IMG/VR virus record: IMGVR_UViG_3300003629_000001
Direction: 5' to 3' (one strand)
Source: a virus
Length of the DNA: 64,000 nucleotides
Numbering within the stretch: position 1 is the stretch's first letter; every line of letters starts with the position of its first letter. The position numbers and the translations under genes are program-made. Below, piece by piece: positions 38,777 through 48,916 of the stretch. The notes beneath the pieces are model-generated. The model did not search any database. It saw nothing but the letters and a program-made list of their open reading frames with translations, and had not been told where the DNA came from.

Positions 38777-38910
38777 AGTCCCGTAGGGTAGTTCGGCCAA
38801 TCCTACTGGCCTTTGGACGGACGAAGGAGTGAAGAGGGTTCCAACCACCTGACGTAACACCTTCGCCCGGAAGAGAGCCAGTGACCCGAGTTCAAGTCTC
38901 GGCGGGACAA
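38777..38910 (+). tRNA. tRNA-Gln(TTG) with 59-nt BHB intron at 37/38 (38817-38875)
   Basis: acceptor GTCCCG/CGGGAC; anticodon arm CTGGC-CTTTGG^A-GCCAG; T arm CCGAG-TTCAAGT-CTCGG; canonical bulge-helix-bulge (CTTT/GAAG with bulges GG^A and AG^A). Confidence 0.9.
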
Positions 38911-39057
38911 TAGCGCACGAAGGTCTGACCCGCTGTAAAGCGCGTCGTGCTACAAAATCCCGAAAACCCAATCGGGAGAAACAAGCACTGAAGAAAACGA
39001 GAATTGCGCGGCGGTGAGAAATCCGTTCGTAGCATTCTCCGACCGGATGGGTCATAT

Positions 39058-39130
39058 GCCGGGTTGGTTTAGCGGTCTATAATCCCGCTCTGTCACGGCG
39101 GGGACGTGGGTTCAAATCCCACATCCGGCG
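39058..39130 (+). tRNA. tRNA-Asp(GTC)
   Basis: GCCGGGT/ATCCGGC acceptor; CCGCT-CTGTCAC-GGCGG anticodon arm; GTGGG-TTCAAAT-CCCAC T arm. Confidence 0.92.
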
Positions 39131-39154
39131 TGGGTTTCGCACCTTCCCCAATTC

Positions 39155-39227
39155 GCTCCGTTGGTGTAGGGGCCAATCATGGTTGCCTTTCGAGCAACCG
39201 ACGAGGGTTCAAATCCCTCACGGAGCA
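39155..39227 (+). tRNA. tRNA-Glu(TTC)
   Basis: GCTCCGT/ACGGAGC acceptor; GTTGC-CTTTCGA-GCAAC anticodon arm; GAGGG-TTCAAAT-CCCTC T arm. Confidence 0.92.
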
Positions 39228-39283
39228 TTTTCTAATACGGGTATCAGCCAACTTATTTAGCCTCGGCGCTACCAGTATGGGTA

Positions 39284-39787
39284 ATGACAAGGTACGAAGT
39301 GGCCGGTGACTCCTTCCGAAGTACCTCGTCTGTCATTCGGAAGACGAAGCCACCGTTCTTCGAGGAAGCCGACACAGACTCCGAGTTCGGGGTCGATTTC
39401 GGTATCACGCCGGACTACGCCAACGACCAGTTCGACGTAGACGGTGGGTACGCTCGAATGTATGATGGGTCGGCGGCGTGGCACGGCTTCTACGAAGCAA
39501 CCAATACCCTTACTCTCGAAGCCCCGTCCGGGGTCAACTACCTCTACGCTGTGTACGACAATACACAGAACAGTCTCGAATACGAGGTGCTGTCTTCGGA
39601 TTCGCCCACTGGGTCGATTACTGTTAAACTGGCTGAAATCGACGCGGGCGCTCAAGAAGTAACGAAGGTCAACACCGACCCCAACGTCTCGGTTCCCTCT
39701 CAAGGATTCCGTGATAGTTCGGGTGTTCGACAACAGACGATTCAGTACGACGAAGAACTCCGTTCTCTGGTTGTGATTAAAGAATGA
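39284..39787 (+). CDS. putative minor virion protein
   Basis: beta-rich, resembles fibre N-terminal domains ('VDGGYA...YLYAVYD...KLAEID'). Confidence 0.45.
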   Translation: MTRYEVAGDSFRSTSSVIRKTKPPFFEEADTDSEFGVDFGITPDYANDQFDVDGGYARMYDGSAAWHGFYEATNTLTLEAPSGVNYLYAVYDNTQNSLEYEVLSSDSPTGSITVKLAEIDAGAQEVTKVNTDPNVSVPSQGFRDSSGVRQQTIQYDEELRSLVVIKE

Positions 39788-41148
39788 GTGACGCATACGA
39801 ACTCGGTACAGCAGAAACGTTCGACAAATACAGTACCCCATACAATGTTCTGAAGACGGGGAAACAGACGGTTCAGTTTTCCCACGACCCGTCCAAGTCT
39901 CTCACAAAGCGTCGGTATGGGTATTACTCGAATAACGCGTTTTTCGACGCAACGAATATAGCGTCGAACGAACCAAGTGGAACAATCACAATCTCTACAA
40001 CAGCGACCGGGACAGATACCGCACGCATTCGTTCTGCTATTGCTGGACAGTACGTCAGTCAAACGCTGGCGAAGCCGGGTGTCGGTCTTGACGTAGATAG
40101 TGCGAATATCAATTACGACGCTGACGGATACGTGTCTACCTCGCACGGCCAAATCGCTGTTGGGGCTGGTTGGCACGACGGGTCTTCGGGTGGCTGGGGT
40201 GCGGCTGAAAACGGCGGCCCGATTCAGACGTTCCTTGGTCGGGTTTACACTCCCACAGGCGCGGAAGCGGTCTGTATTTCGGACGGGAATCACGTTCACG
40301 GGAGTCCGGTTCCGCAACCCCAGTGGAATCTGGACGACTTGAGTGGGCAAGACGACGCTGATAACCCCAGCGGTGTCCAACTCCGTCCTGACGACGGTGT
40401 AATCAACAACTTCCCCTATACATGGTATGCGTTCGGAGCGCTCTTCGACGGGATTGTCCCACCCGAGGAAGACGAAGAGGTTCTGTCCCACAAGTTCGTT
40501 CCTGACAGTTCCAGTCTTGACCGATCGAATCTGACCCCTATGGTCATTCTGGACAATGACGGAACGGCGACCGCTATGAGCGCTGAACTCGGTGGAATGC
40601 AATTCTCGGTCTACGGAGCGGACATTAAAGGCGGCGAAGGCGGCGAAGACCGTGGCACTGAAATGACTCGTCTGACTGGTACGAACGCCAATGGGTTCAT
40701 TTCCGATACTGTCGTGGTCAACAACGAATCAATCGACGTGAATGCCGAACCCGGTAAGCCAGCACTGGCTGTCAAGCGAGAAACTGGTGTCCGTGACGTT
40801 GCGTTCCGCATTGAAGAACTGGGTGTCGAACCCGATACTAACGTCTATATCATTGCGTGGGACGAGTACGACCCGGCTACAGCACTTGACGGGACGTTCC
40901 GACAGCCGAACAAGCCGAGGAATACTGAAGAATCGCTTCTGGAAGTGAACACGACCTGTACGACCTATACGCCAACGCAAGCAGTTCAGCGTGGGTGGGA
41001 CAAGGTGAAGGGTGCTAACGACGCTGATATTGCGCCAGTGTCTACGACTGACGAGATTCCGATTGACGCTACTCGGGTCTACACGCTGGTCAACGACGGT
41101 TCGGCTGGTGACGCCGAGATACTTGTTCGGGGTATTGAAGGGTACTGA
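39784..41148 (+). CDS. putative virion lectin/ConA-like protein
   Basis: 454 aa, beta-rich; 'QPQWNLDDLSG..NPSGVQL...YTWY.FG' pattern seen in viral structural proteins. Confidence 0.45.
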   Translation: MSDAYELGTAETFDKYSTPYNVLKTGKQTVQFSHDPSKSLTKRRYGYYSNNAFFDATNIASNEPSGTITISTTATGTDTARIRSAIAGQYVSQTLAKPGVGLDVDSANINYDADGYVSTSHGQIAVGAGWHDGSSGGWGAAENGGPIQTFLGRVYTPTGAEAVCISDGNHVHGSPVPQPQWNLDDLSGQDDADNPSGVQLRPDDGVINNFPYTWYAFGALFDGIVPPEEDEEVLSHKFVPDSSSLDRSNLTPMVILDNDGTATAMSAELGGMQFSVYGADIKGGEGGEDRGTEMTRLTGTNANGFISDTVVVNNESIDVNAEPGKPALAVKRETGVRDVAFRIEELGVEPDTNVYIIAWDEYDPATALDGTFRQPNKPRNTEESLLEVNTTCTTYTPTQAVQRGWDKVKGANDADIAPVSTTDEIPIDATRVYTLVNDGSAGDAEILVRGIEGY

Positions 41149-41199
41149 CTCGTTCCCCTTTTCGGAAAGACTGAAGTAGTGGCATAATAAAGTTATAAT

Positions 41200-41535
41200 A
41201 TGCCCGCCGAGTACGGCTTCGTTGGCGATAGCCGCGAAGAGACGTTACGAACCGAGAAAGTCCAACGCACCGAACTCGAATCTGTCACCATACCCCTATC
41301 AGTTGGTGGTTCAGTAACCCTACAGATTCTCGAAGACGTGGAAGAGTACGTCGGTTCAATTGCCCCAAACAATCACTTCAACGTCAGTGACAGGGGCGGG
41401 TATTTCCGGGTTCGTGTCTACCGCAAGAAGAAGGTCTGTACGGTCGGTGACTGTGCGACGACGGCGGAACAGAAGTTCGACGGAAATTGGCTATGCCCAC
41501 AGCACCTTGATTCATATACAGCGAGGAACTTCTAA
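41200..41535 (+). CDS. VGGSV-motif protein with C-terminal Zn finger
   Basis: PLSVGGSVTLQI; C..C...CPQH. Confidence 0.55.
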   Translation: MPAEYGFVGDSREETLRTEKVQRTELESVTIPLSVGGSVTLQILEDVEEYVGSIAPNNHFNVSDRGGYFRVRVYRKKKVCTVGDCATTAEQKFDGNWLCPQHLDSYTARNF

Positions 41536-41728
41536 CATATGTGTCGGTTCGTGGGATTACCGCACACGTCACAAAGTGCGGACAAGCGGAGATACACTAC
41601 GAGAACGAAATTCTAATACCCCTATCAGTCGGTGGCCGGGCTGAAATCCAGTTCGAGAACATCGACCACAAAAACCTATGAAACAACACTATCTTCCGAC
41701 ACCACACGTCGCTTAACTGACGTAGCCA

Positions 41729-41791
41729 TTCCCCATACGGGGAAGACTTAATACCCCGGAGACGCTACTATAGGGTAGAGAGGTAAATTAA
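41729..41791 (+). promoter_or_regulatory. conserved early-type promoter (TTCCCCATACGGGGAAGACTTAA)
   Basis: the same BRE/TATA-like block recurs at ~33686, 43449, 44039, 49500(-), 50637(-) and 61350. Confidence 0.7.
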
Positions 41792-42934
41792 ATGCCTATC
41801 AACAAACCCGAGCGCGACCGCTCTCTGTCGTACCACCAGCAGGTGACGAAGGAGATTCTGTGCGACGAATGCGGCGAGGTTATCGTTCGGTTCTACATGA
41901 CCGGCCCGCGCCAGTCCACGGATATAGCACCCGCTCGCTGGATTACGCGTCAGCGTCAGGTCGCGTCCAGTCAGCCCGGAACCTACGAGACGTATATGTG
42001 TACGCCGTGCGTGAACGAACTGGTTCCCGAAGAGAATCAGGCGTACAACGTCGTCAGCCGGAGTGAGCGGGAATGATTTCCGACAGGGAAGAACTCACGC
42101 ACGTCGAAATATCGGATGTACGGGAAGGTGAGCGCGTCCAAATCGTCTACACCAGCCAGCAGTCCAGCAACAAGGTCGAACACGAAGGAGTCGTCCAGTC
42201 GGCCCAGCGCTACGGACAAGAGACGAAACGGTTCGTCTTGCTGGGTGACAACGACATTGAGTACAAGTGCGAGAAGTGGGAAGAAGTGTACTCTACGGGC
42301 GAGAACCAGCGTCAACTGTCGTCTGACCGGCCTGACGTGTATCTGGTCGAAGGGCTGGACGACGAAGAGTGGGAGCGCGAGGAACGCCACGGAGCGCTTC
42401 ACATTCGCTTCCAGAAGAACGAGGTGTTCCGCTGTCCCCAGTGCCGTGAGAAACAGGCCAGCATAGCCACGGAGAACTCGAACGGGACTGTCACCGTGTC
42501 GTGTGGGAGTTGCCGGAGTACCACCGTGTGCGACGAACAGCCACTCGAAGTGTCGTTGAAAATCACGCGCTGACCATGCTGGATTTCGAGTGGGAAGTGG
42601 GCAAAGGCGACAGTCCGTTCACGGAGATTTGTATTCAGTGTCCCAACTGTGAGAAGCAGGGCGTTTACTACGAAACGAAGATTCAGGGACAGGTCTGTTG
42701 CGAGTGCAATAAAGAGTTCGAGGGTGTCGTAACTATGAAACTCGTCGTGACGGTGAAACGATGAACGATATGCCTGATTGGTGGGAACCCGGAATCAAAA
42801 TCTATCACGAAACGAGGTGTCGAAACTGTGGGAAGGGTGACGGCATGAAGAACCCGTTCGACCGAGAGGGTCGCTGTAGCGGCTGTAATTCTATGGCACG
42901 CGGCACGTTTCCCCGCGTTGTCGTGCGAAAATAG
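41792..42934 (+). other. operon of Zn-finger/hypothetical ORFs (41792-42076, 42073-42573, 42576-42764, 42761-42934)
   Basis: CxxC pairs and coupled starts. Confidence 0.55.
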
Positions 42935-43037
42935 CGTGTGTTGAAGATTGGCACGGGCGGAGTCATTATTAGGGCTACTGACAAAGAATTAGATGGATGG
43001 ATTCACACCCAGCCGGTTCTTGCTTCGGTGGTAAAGA

Positions 43038-43436
43038 GTGATAATCCACACCGACGCTTCCTGTAAGGGCAACGTCGTCGGTATTGGATATGTGATACGA
43101 GACAACAACCAGAGCCATGAGAACGCCACGTTCGAGAAGGGTGACTACACCTCAATGGACGGCGAATACATGGCTATCCGAGAGGCCGCAAAAGTGGTTC
43201 AGCAACATTTTGAGGCCGAAATGCCGGTGTATTTCTACACCGACTGTCAGGCTGTTGCTCAAAAACTATCTGACCCCCAGTCAACGAAGTGGGAGAAGCG
43301 AGCGCACGAACTTTCACTGATTGTCGAATACGAGTTTCAGGTGAAGTGGATTCCCCGAGAACGTAATCGGAAAGCCGACAGTCTCGCCGGGACAGGCCGA
43401 CGCCGAGGGGCTACGAATCCTGTTGCGGCGGACTAA
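43038..43436 (+). CDS. rnhA: ribonuclease HI
   Basis: HTDAS, G.G.V, EY.A, TDCQ, WIPRE.N..AD.LA. Confidence 0.9.
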   Translation: MIIHTDASCKGNVVGIGYVIRDNNQSHENATFEKGDYTSMDGEYMAIREAAKVVQQHFEAEMPVYFYTDCQAVAQKLSDPQSTKWEKRAHELSLIVEYEFQVKWIPRERNRKADSLAGTGRRRGATNPVAAD

Positions 43437-43490
43437 TTGGTAAGTATCGGGGAAGCATTTATTACGGTTCATCCCCTATCTCGAAACGGA

Positions 43491-43850
43491 ATGAGCGAAC
43501 CAATCTTCAACTACGGCGACCGGATTCAGTACGGGGGAAAGACTGTGGGTTCCTACGCCACCACGCTTCGGGGTGGCCGGGTGGCCGTACTCTGGAAGGT
43601 CATGCACGAGTATCAGGACTCGTATTCCACGTCAGTCGGCCTTCTGGACAAGATTGACGACGATGTGGAATACCTGTTCATGTACGACAAGGACAAGAAG
43701 GAGTTGTTCAAGTTCAAGCGCGACACCTACGAGAAGCACGAAACCAACGTCCACCTCGAAGACCAGCCACAGAAAAGCCCGCACGTCGCCCACGCTATCG
43801 GTCACTGGACGAACGGCGACGAGATTGTGAACAACTTCACGATAGCATAA
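43491..43850 (+). CDS. hypothetical protein
   Basis: ATG right after the conserved promoter block. Confidence 0.6.
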   Translation: MSEPIFNYGDRIQYGGKTVGSYATTLRGGRVAVLWKVMHEYQDSYSTSVGLLDKIDDDVEYLFMYDKDKKELFKFKRDTYEKHETNVHLEDQPQKSPHVAHAIGHWTNGDEIVNNFTIA

Positions 43851-44081
43851 TGGCCTTATTAACAGCCGAGGAAGAGCCAGTGTGGGTCGTCAACTCCCGC
43901 ACGGGCGAGACGATAGAAGCGCGAATCGACAAAGATGGGTTCGTTCGGGAGAAGGACGGCGCTGGGGCCTTCTCCGAAGGCACTTACGAACTACTCGTCG
44001 TCAACTGACGAGCGTTCTTTTCGCTGTCGTCGGGCGTAGGGGACAGACTTAAGTCAGTTCATCCCCTATCTTGGAACGAAG

Positions 44082-45733
44082 ATGGAACAGAAAGAACTTC
44101 CGCCAGTTGGCGCGACCGTTGAAGTGTCCTACGACGTTGCACAGCCCGGTCGTACTTTCGGCAACCGAACGTCGTTCAAGTTCACGGTAGACGAGCATAC
44201 CGCTGACGGCTTCGTTGGTGGTGCTGGTATCGGAACGAAGTACGTCACTCACAGCGACCAAGTGTTCGCTCCTACGTCCAGCGACGGATACCACGCTGAC
44301 GGCGACCAGCGGATTCGTGTTGGAATGGACGCGGAATGGGAAGTGGTGGAAGAATGAGCGAGTTCGAGGAACTTCGGTCGGAAATCGAAGCGCTACACAG
44401 CGAGTATCAGGACGAAGCCAGCGAAACGCTCGGTGACGACATGACTCGCTACGGGGAAACGCAAGGCGCTCTCGAAGCGCTTCAGGAACTCCGAGAGAAG
44501 GCGAGGGAGATAGAAGAGTGAGTCCACAGTGTGTCACCTGTAAGGGTGACGGCTACCAAGAGGATGAAAACGGGGAGTACATTCACCGAATCAGCGAGGG
44601 TGAGACGTGCGATTCGTGTGGTAGACCCCACGGCTTTCAACAAGTCAGAATCTCATATTCGGTCGTGAACGAGTCGGGGAATCGAAGCCGTAGACACAAG
44701 ACGGTAGACAAAGGTGATACCCCGATGGAAGCGGTCAATTCCGTATTGGAAGACCACAGCGGCCCGCGTGGAGAACGGGTTTGCGAAATCCGTCAAATCA
44801 AGGTGAATCGGACGCCACTGATAACAGAAGAGGAAATGGGCGAGCGGTCTGTCCAATTCGAGGAAGCAGGTATAATCGCCCATACCCTTACCTTCGAGTT
44901 AGAGAAATGACCCGACTCACACTTCACTGGCACTTACGAGGAATCGTAGAAGGGACGACTGTAGCCGAGTGCGTCCGCGTCGATTTAGACCACTACAGCG
45001 AGTGGTCAGAGCGCTGGTGGCCCGGACAGCGGTACTACACCGACCCCAACGTCGAAGGCTACGAGCAACACGAATCGCAATCCGCCGCTAACAGTTACAC
45101 CACCGGCTTTCGTCAGGACTGTGGGGAGTTTTGTGACGCGTTCAGTATCCGCGCTCACGAAGCGCTTCACGCTGACGACACGGTGAAGTATCTGGACGCG
45201 GTGGCCCACGACCCGACGAAGCGACACCAAGAGCGGTACGACGCCGCGCAACTCTTGGACTATCACATTTGGCCTGACTCGCCCGACGCTGGCTCTCTCG
45301 GTCGGGGGCTTCAGGCTGACCGTGACGACATAGATGTTCGAGAGTTCCTTGACGCTGGTATGGGACGCCGCTCGGTCGGGCCGACGTACATGGCTATGCG
45401 GTGTGTCAATCCCGAGTGTTCCGAAGGCGAGTGCCTGTGCGATTGGGATACGCTTCGAGACGAAAATCGGGCCGAGTGCATGGTCTGTGGCACGGAGCAA
45501 CCACGACCACAGTATCCCTAATGGAAATCGACACCAGTTGGTCGTACACACAGGAAGCCTTCGCTTGTGCCTGTGTGGACGCCGGAGTGACGTTGGTTGA
45601 TACTGGCGTCACGAATCCAGAAGGACACCGCCTCAAGCGTACCGTAGAAGACGTGTGTCCGTCCTGTGAGATACCATTCACTAAAATCTCGGAACACGAC
45701 TATACGAAGGTTCTCGTCACGGTTCGTCGCTAA
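44082..45733 (+). other. operon of small hypothetical ORFs (44082-44357, 44354-44521, 44518-44910, 44907-45521, 45521-45733)
   Basis: conserved promoter at ~44039; coupled ORFs. Confidence 0.55.
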
Positions 45734-45790
45734 CTCGCTTCTTCCAATAACTTTATTAAACTATAGCCAAATCCTTTAATCGCATTCAAA

Positions 45791-47548
45791 ATGGCAAACG
45801 ATACTGAACTAACGGGGAAGACGACCGCCGCTGTCGCTATGGTGGCGACGGTACTCGGCGTCGTTCTCCCCACGGCACTGACGGGAAGCATTCTCCCGCT
45901 CGTACTCGGCCTTGTCGGCATGGCCGCGTGTACGTATGCACTACTCGGAAAGGACTACGGAGTCTACGCGGCCCTCGCTGGCGTCCTACTGTTCTTCGTC
46001 GGCGGGTTCGCCTTCTGGTATCCGTGGTGGCAAGGAATCGCTTACGCGCTGGCGTTCAAGAATCCCGGTGGTCTTCAGTGGCTTGTCGTCGGTGTGCTGG
46101 CCGCTGTCGTGATAGCCCTACTGAAGCTCATGACTCGCACGGACGATTCCGGCTACTCGTCCAGCACCGAAACGACCGGCTGGGCATACGTCGCGGGGTT
46201 CTTCCTCGTCTTCGCCGCCGTTGGGTTCCTCTTCGTGGGGCCAATGGTGAGTGGAATGTACGCCCAAGAACACATGGCGAATCAAGTCCAGTCGAACGCT
46301 GGAACCCTCGAAGAACTCCCGAACAGTGACCAGAACCGTTCTCGTATCGCTCCCGAAGCCGTCTCTCGAAACTGGGCGACGAACAGCCTACAGTATCCCC
46401 AGTACAACCTCGAAGGCGGTGATATAACGTACATCAACGGAACGCCACATTGGTCGTATTCGCTGTCGCCTGACGGCATGGTGAACTCGTTCACCCTACA
46501 GCAACGCGGGGCCGTGTACGTGAATCAGTCGTCCATGAGCAAGGATATGACCATTCAGGACGACCAGAAGTTCCGCTACGGTCAGGGAGTCGCGTTAACT
46601 GACGCCTACGACTGGCAACTCGCCAAGCACGACTACGCGGCGGATTACCGCGACCCGTTCGTGGTTCCGCACGAAGGCAAATCGACTATGGCTGTCCCCT
46701 ACGTCGAACACAACTGGGAGTTCCGTCTGACGCCGATTCCCCAGTTCTACGCTGTGCCGGAGTTCGGCGGTGTGAAGACGATTGAGCAAGACGGGAGTAT
46801 CGAAGACCTGTCGCCTGAAGAGGCACAGAACTCCGAAGTTCTCGGAGAGGAACAGAACTACTACCCGTACTCGCTCGCCCGCTTCAAGGTTGAATCTATG
46901 GCCTACAAGAACGGAATCGTCAATACGTGGTTCGGCCACGAAGGTCAGATTGAGGTTCCGGGCGTTCCGGGTCAGGGCAACGACCAGCCGTTCACTGTCC
47001 CAACTGAAGACGACGGGATTCAGTATTTCGTCGCCACTGAACCGTGGGGCAACGCGAACGGAGTCCTTGAAGTGTGGACAATCGACGCACAGACCGGCGA
47101 CATGGCCGTGAAAGAGTACGACGGTCAGTCCACCCAGCGTGGGGCGCGGAAGGCTGTGGACTCTGTAATGGCGACTGAACGCGTCTCTCGGCTTGGTGAC
47201 GACATGAACGCGGTCGAACCCATCCCGGTCGTCGTGGACGGCCAACTCTACTGGCAAGTCCGCATTGTGCCTGACTCGTCGTCCCGCATTACCCTCGTCG
47301 GGTTCTTCAACGCGGACACCGAGGAAACGGCGCTGGTAGAGACGACCGGTCAGGTCAACGCGTTCCTCGCCGGAGAACAGCCCACTACGGGTAATCAGAG
47401 CGACGACACTGGCGACAGTGACAGTGAGAGCGCGTCCGATTGCGCGTTCAACATCGTAGTCGAATACCCGGACGGAACCACTGAAACGACGTGTGTCCCT
47501 GACGGTGGAAGCGTGACGGTCGAAGAGGGTAACAGCACGTCGGGCTGA
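45791..47548 (+). CDS. large membrane-anchored protein (about 5 TM segments plus a large soluble domain)
   Basis: hydrophobic N-terminal ~155 aa followed by a ~430-aa soluble domain. Confidence 0.75.
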   Translation: MANDTELTGKTTAAVAMVATVLGVVLPTALTGSILPLVLGLVGMAACTYALLGKDYGVYAALAGVLLFFVGGFAFWYPWWQGIAYALAFKNPGGLQWLVVGVLAAVVIALLKLMTRTDDSGYSSSTETTGWAYVAGFFLVFAAVGFLFVGPMVSGMYAQEHMANQVQSNAGTLEELPNSDQNRSRIAPEAVSRNWATNSLQYPQYNLEGGDITYINGTPHWSYSLSPDGMVNSFTLQQRGAVYVNQSSMSKDMTIQDDQKFRYGQGVALTDAYDWQLAKHDYAADYRDPFVVPHEGKSTMAVPYVEHNWEFRLTPIPQFYAVPEFGGVKTIEQDGSIEDLSPEEAQNSEVLGEEQNYYPYSLARFKVESMAYKNGIVNTWFGHEGQIEVPGVPGQGNDQPFTVPTEDDGIQYFVATEPWGNANGVLEVWTIDAQTGDMAVKEYDGQSTQRGARKAVDSVMATERVSRLGDDMNAVEPIPVVVDGQLYWQVRIVPDSSSRITLVGFFNADTEETALVETTGQVNAFLAGEQPTTGNQSDDTGDSDSESASDCAFNIVVEYPDGTTETTCVPDGGSVTVEEGNSTSG

Positions 47549-47590
47549 CGAGTTTACTTACTCGTAAGCCTACGAGTAAACCCGCGAGTC
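47548..47590. repeat. clustered ACGAGT/ACTCGT inverted repeats upstream of parA (candidate centromere/operator)
   Basis: ACGAGTTTACTTACTCGTAAGCCTACGAGTAAACCCGCGAGT. Confidence 0.5.
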
Positions 47591-47644
47591 CGCCGACCGT
47601 CTGACTAACCTTTATTATTCTATGATTTTATAGCAGTAGGTGTA

Positions 47645-48517
47645 ATGGTACGAACTGTAACCATGTGGACGCAAAGTGGCGGTGGCGGTAAATCCACTGT
47701 CACGATGAACACCGCGCACGCTCTCGAAAAGGCTGGACATGACGTTTTGGTGTGGGACATTGACCCACAGCGACAGTCGCTTACCGACTACATTGGCATG
47801 ACGGAGTACCTGTCGAATGACCGGGCGAATGCTCTGGAAGCCGTGTTCGACGGCGACCTGAACGACGTGATACTCTCGAAAGAGCGCCACGACGAACTCC
47901 CGTTCGACCTGATTCCTTCCTCGTTCCAGTGGTCGGATTTCGACAAGGTGCTGGCCCGCGAGCGCGTTCCGAACGAGTGGACGGTGTTCCGACAGGCTCT
48001 CGTCAAGGCAAATATCCCTGATTACTACGACGTGTTGTTCATCGACTGTGAAGGCCGGAAAGGACTCAAGGAACGCAACGCGCTGATAGCGACACAGAAC
48101 GTTATCGTTCCTGTCTTCCCAAACCGAAAGGGTCGGACGGACGTGAAGACCGCGCAAGAGTACCTATTCAACCGTACACAGCCAGCGCTCGCTGACGCGG
48201 GGATAGACATTGAGTTCGACATAAACGCTGTCGTGGCGACACAGGTGGACTACAACAAGTCGATTCACCAAGACAACATAGGCTACTTCCAGAACAGCGA
48301 CGAGATACCGCTGTTCCCGCACGTCTTCAAGGACAGAGGCCCCTACGAACAGGCTATGGAAGAGCAAATGACGCTCTTCGAGTTTGCGGAGTCCGACGAG
48401 ACGCGTGACCTGTACGACTACGAACCCGAGGTGCTGGAAAAGTATCACTACCTCGCTCAAGCAATCATGGTGGGCGACCTGAACATCGAATACGAGAAAC
48501 CCCGCGTGGTAGCATGA
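47645..48517 (+). CDS. parA: ParA/Soj-family ATPase
   Basis: deviant Walker A SGGGGKST, 'VLVWDIDPQ', 'LIPS', 'YDVLFIDC', 'VIVPV'. Confidence 0.85.
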   Translation: MVRTVTMWTQSGGGGKSTVTMNTAHALEKAGHDVLVWDIDPQRQSLTDYIGMTEYLSNDRANALEAVFDGDLNDVILSKERHDELPFDLIPSSFQWSDFDKVLARERVPNEWTVFRQALVKANIPDYYDVLFIDCEGRKGLKERNALIATQNVIVPVFPNRKGRTDVKTAQEYLFNRTQPALADAGIDIEFDINAVVATQVDYNKSIHQDNIGYFQNSDEIPLFPHVFKDRGPYEQAMEEQMTLFEFAESDETRDLYDYEPEVLEKYHYLAQAIMVGDLNIEYEKPRVVA

Positions 48518-48900
48518 GCGACGGCCCGGTCGAACCAGATTTCGACGGGGACTTGGAAGACCTTGAGACTGGCCCCGACGAAGAAATGGACGACCCGCTC
48601 GGCGGTCAGGACGACACCGACGAAATTCCTGATAGCCCTATTGACGAAGCGCTGGACGGAACGCCGCGTGTGCTACAGGATGGAAAGGAGAATCGGAAGG
48701 CCGTCACCGCGTACATAAACCGTATGGTGCTATACGAAGTTTCCGACCTACAGACACAGTTGGGCCGGGAGTTCACGCCCGACCCGAGGAAACTGGACGT
48801 GTACGCCGCAATCTTCTACGCTGGACTCCCAACGACGGACAAGAGCATGAGGGAGTTCCTACGCGAGTTCGGGTACAGAGACGAAGACGGTGGAAGTTAG
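48514..48900 (+). CDS. ParA partner protein (acidic N-terminus, putative DNA-binding C-terminus)
   Basis: ATGA-coupled to parA. Confidence 0.55.
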   Translation: MSDGPVEPDFDGDLEDLETGPDEEMDDPLGGQDDTDEIPDSPIDEALDGTPRVLQDGKENRKAVTAYINRMVLYEVSDLQTQLGREFTPDPRKLDVYAAIFYAGLPTTDKSMREFLREFGYRDEDGGS

Positions 48901-48916
48901 CCGAAAACAGCGAACG

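Noticed and set aside
38911-39057. Additional tRNA between tRNA-Gln and tRNA-Asp
   Set aside because: Hairpins are present (GCACGA/TCGTGC, TCCCGA/TCGGGA) but there is no cloverleaf or T-loop
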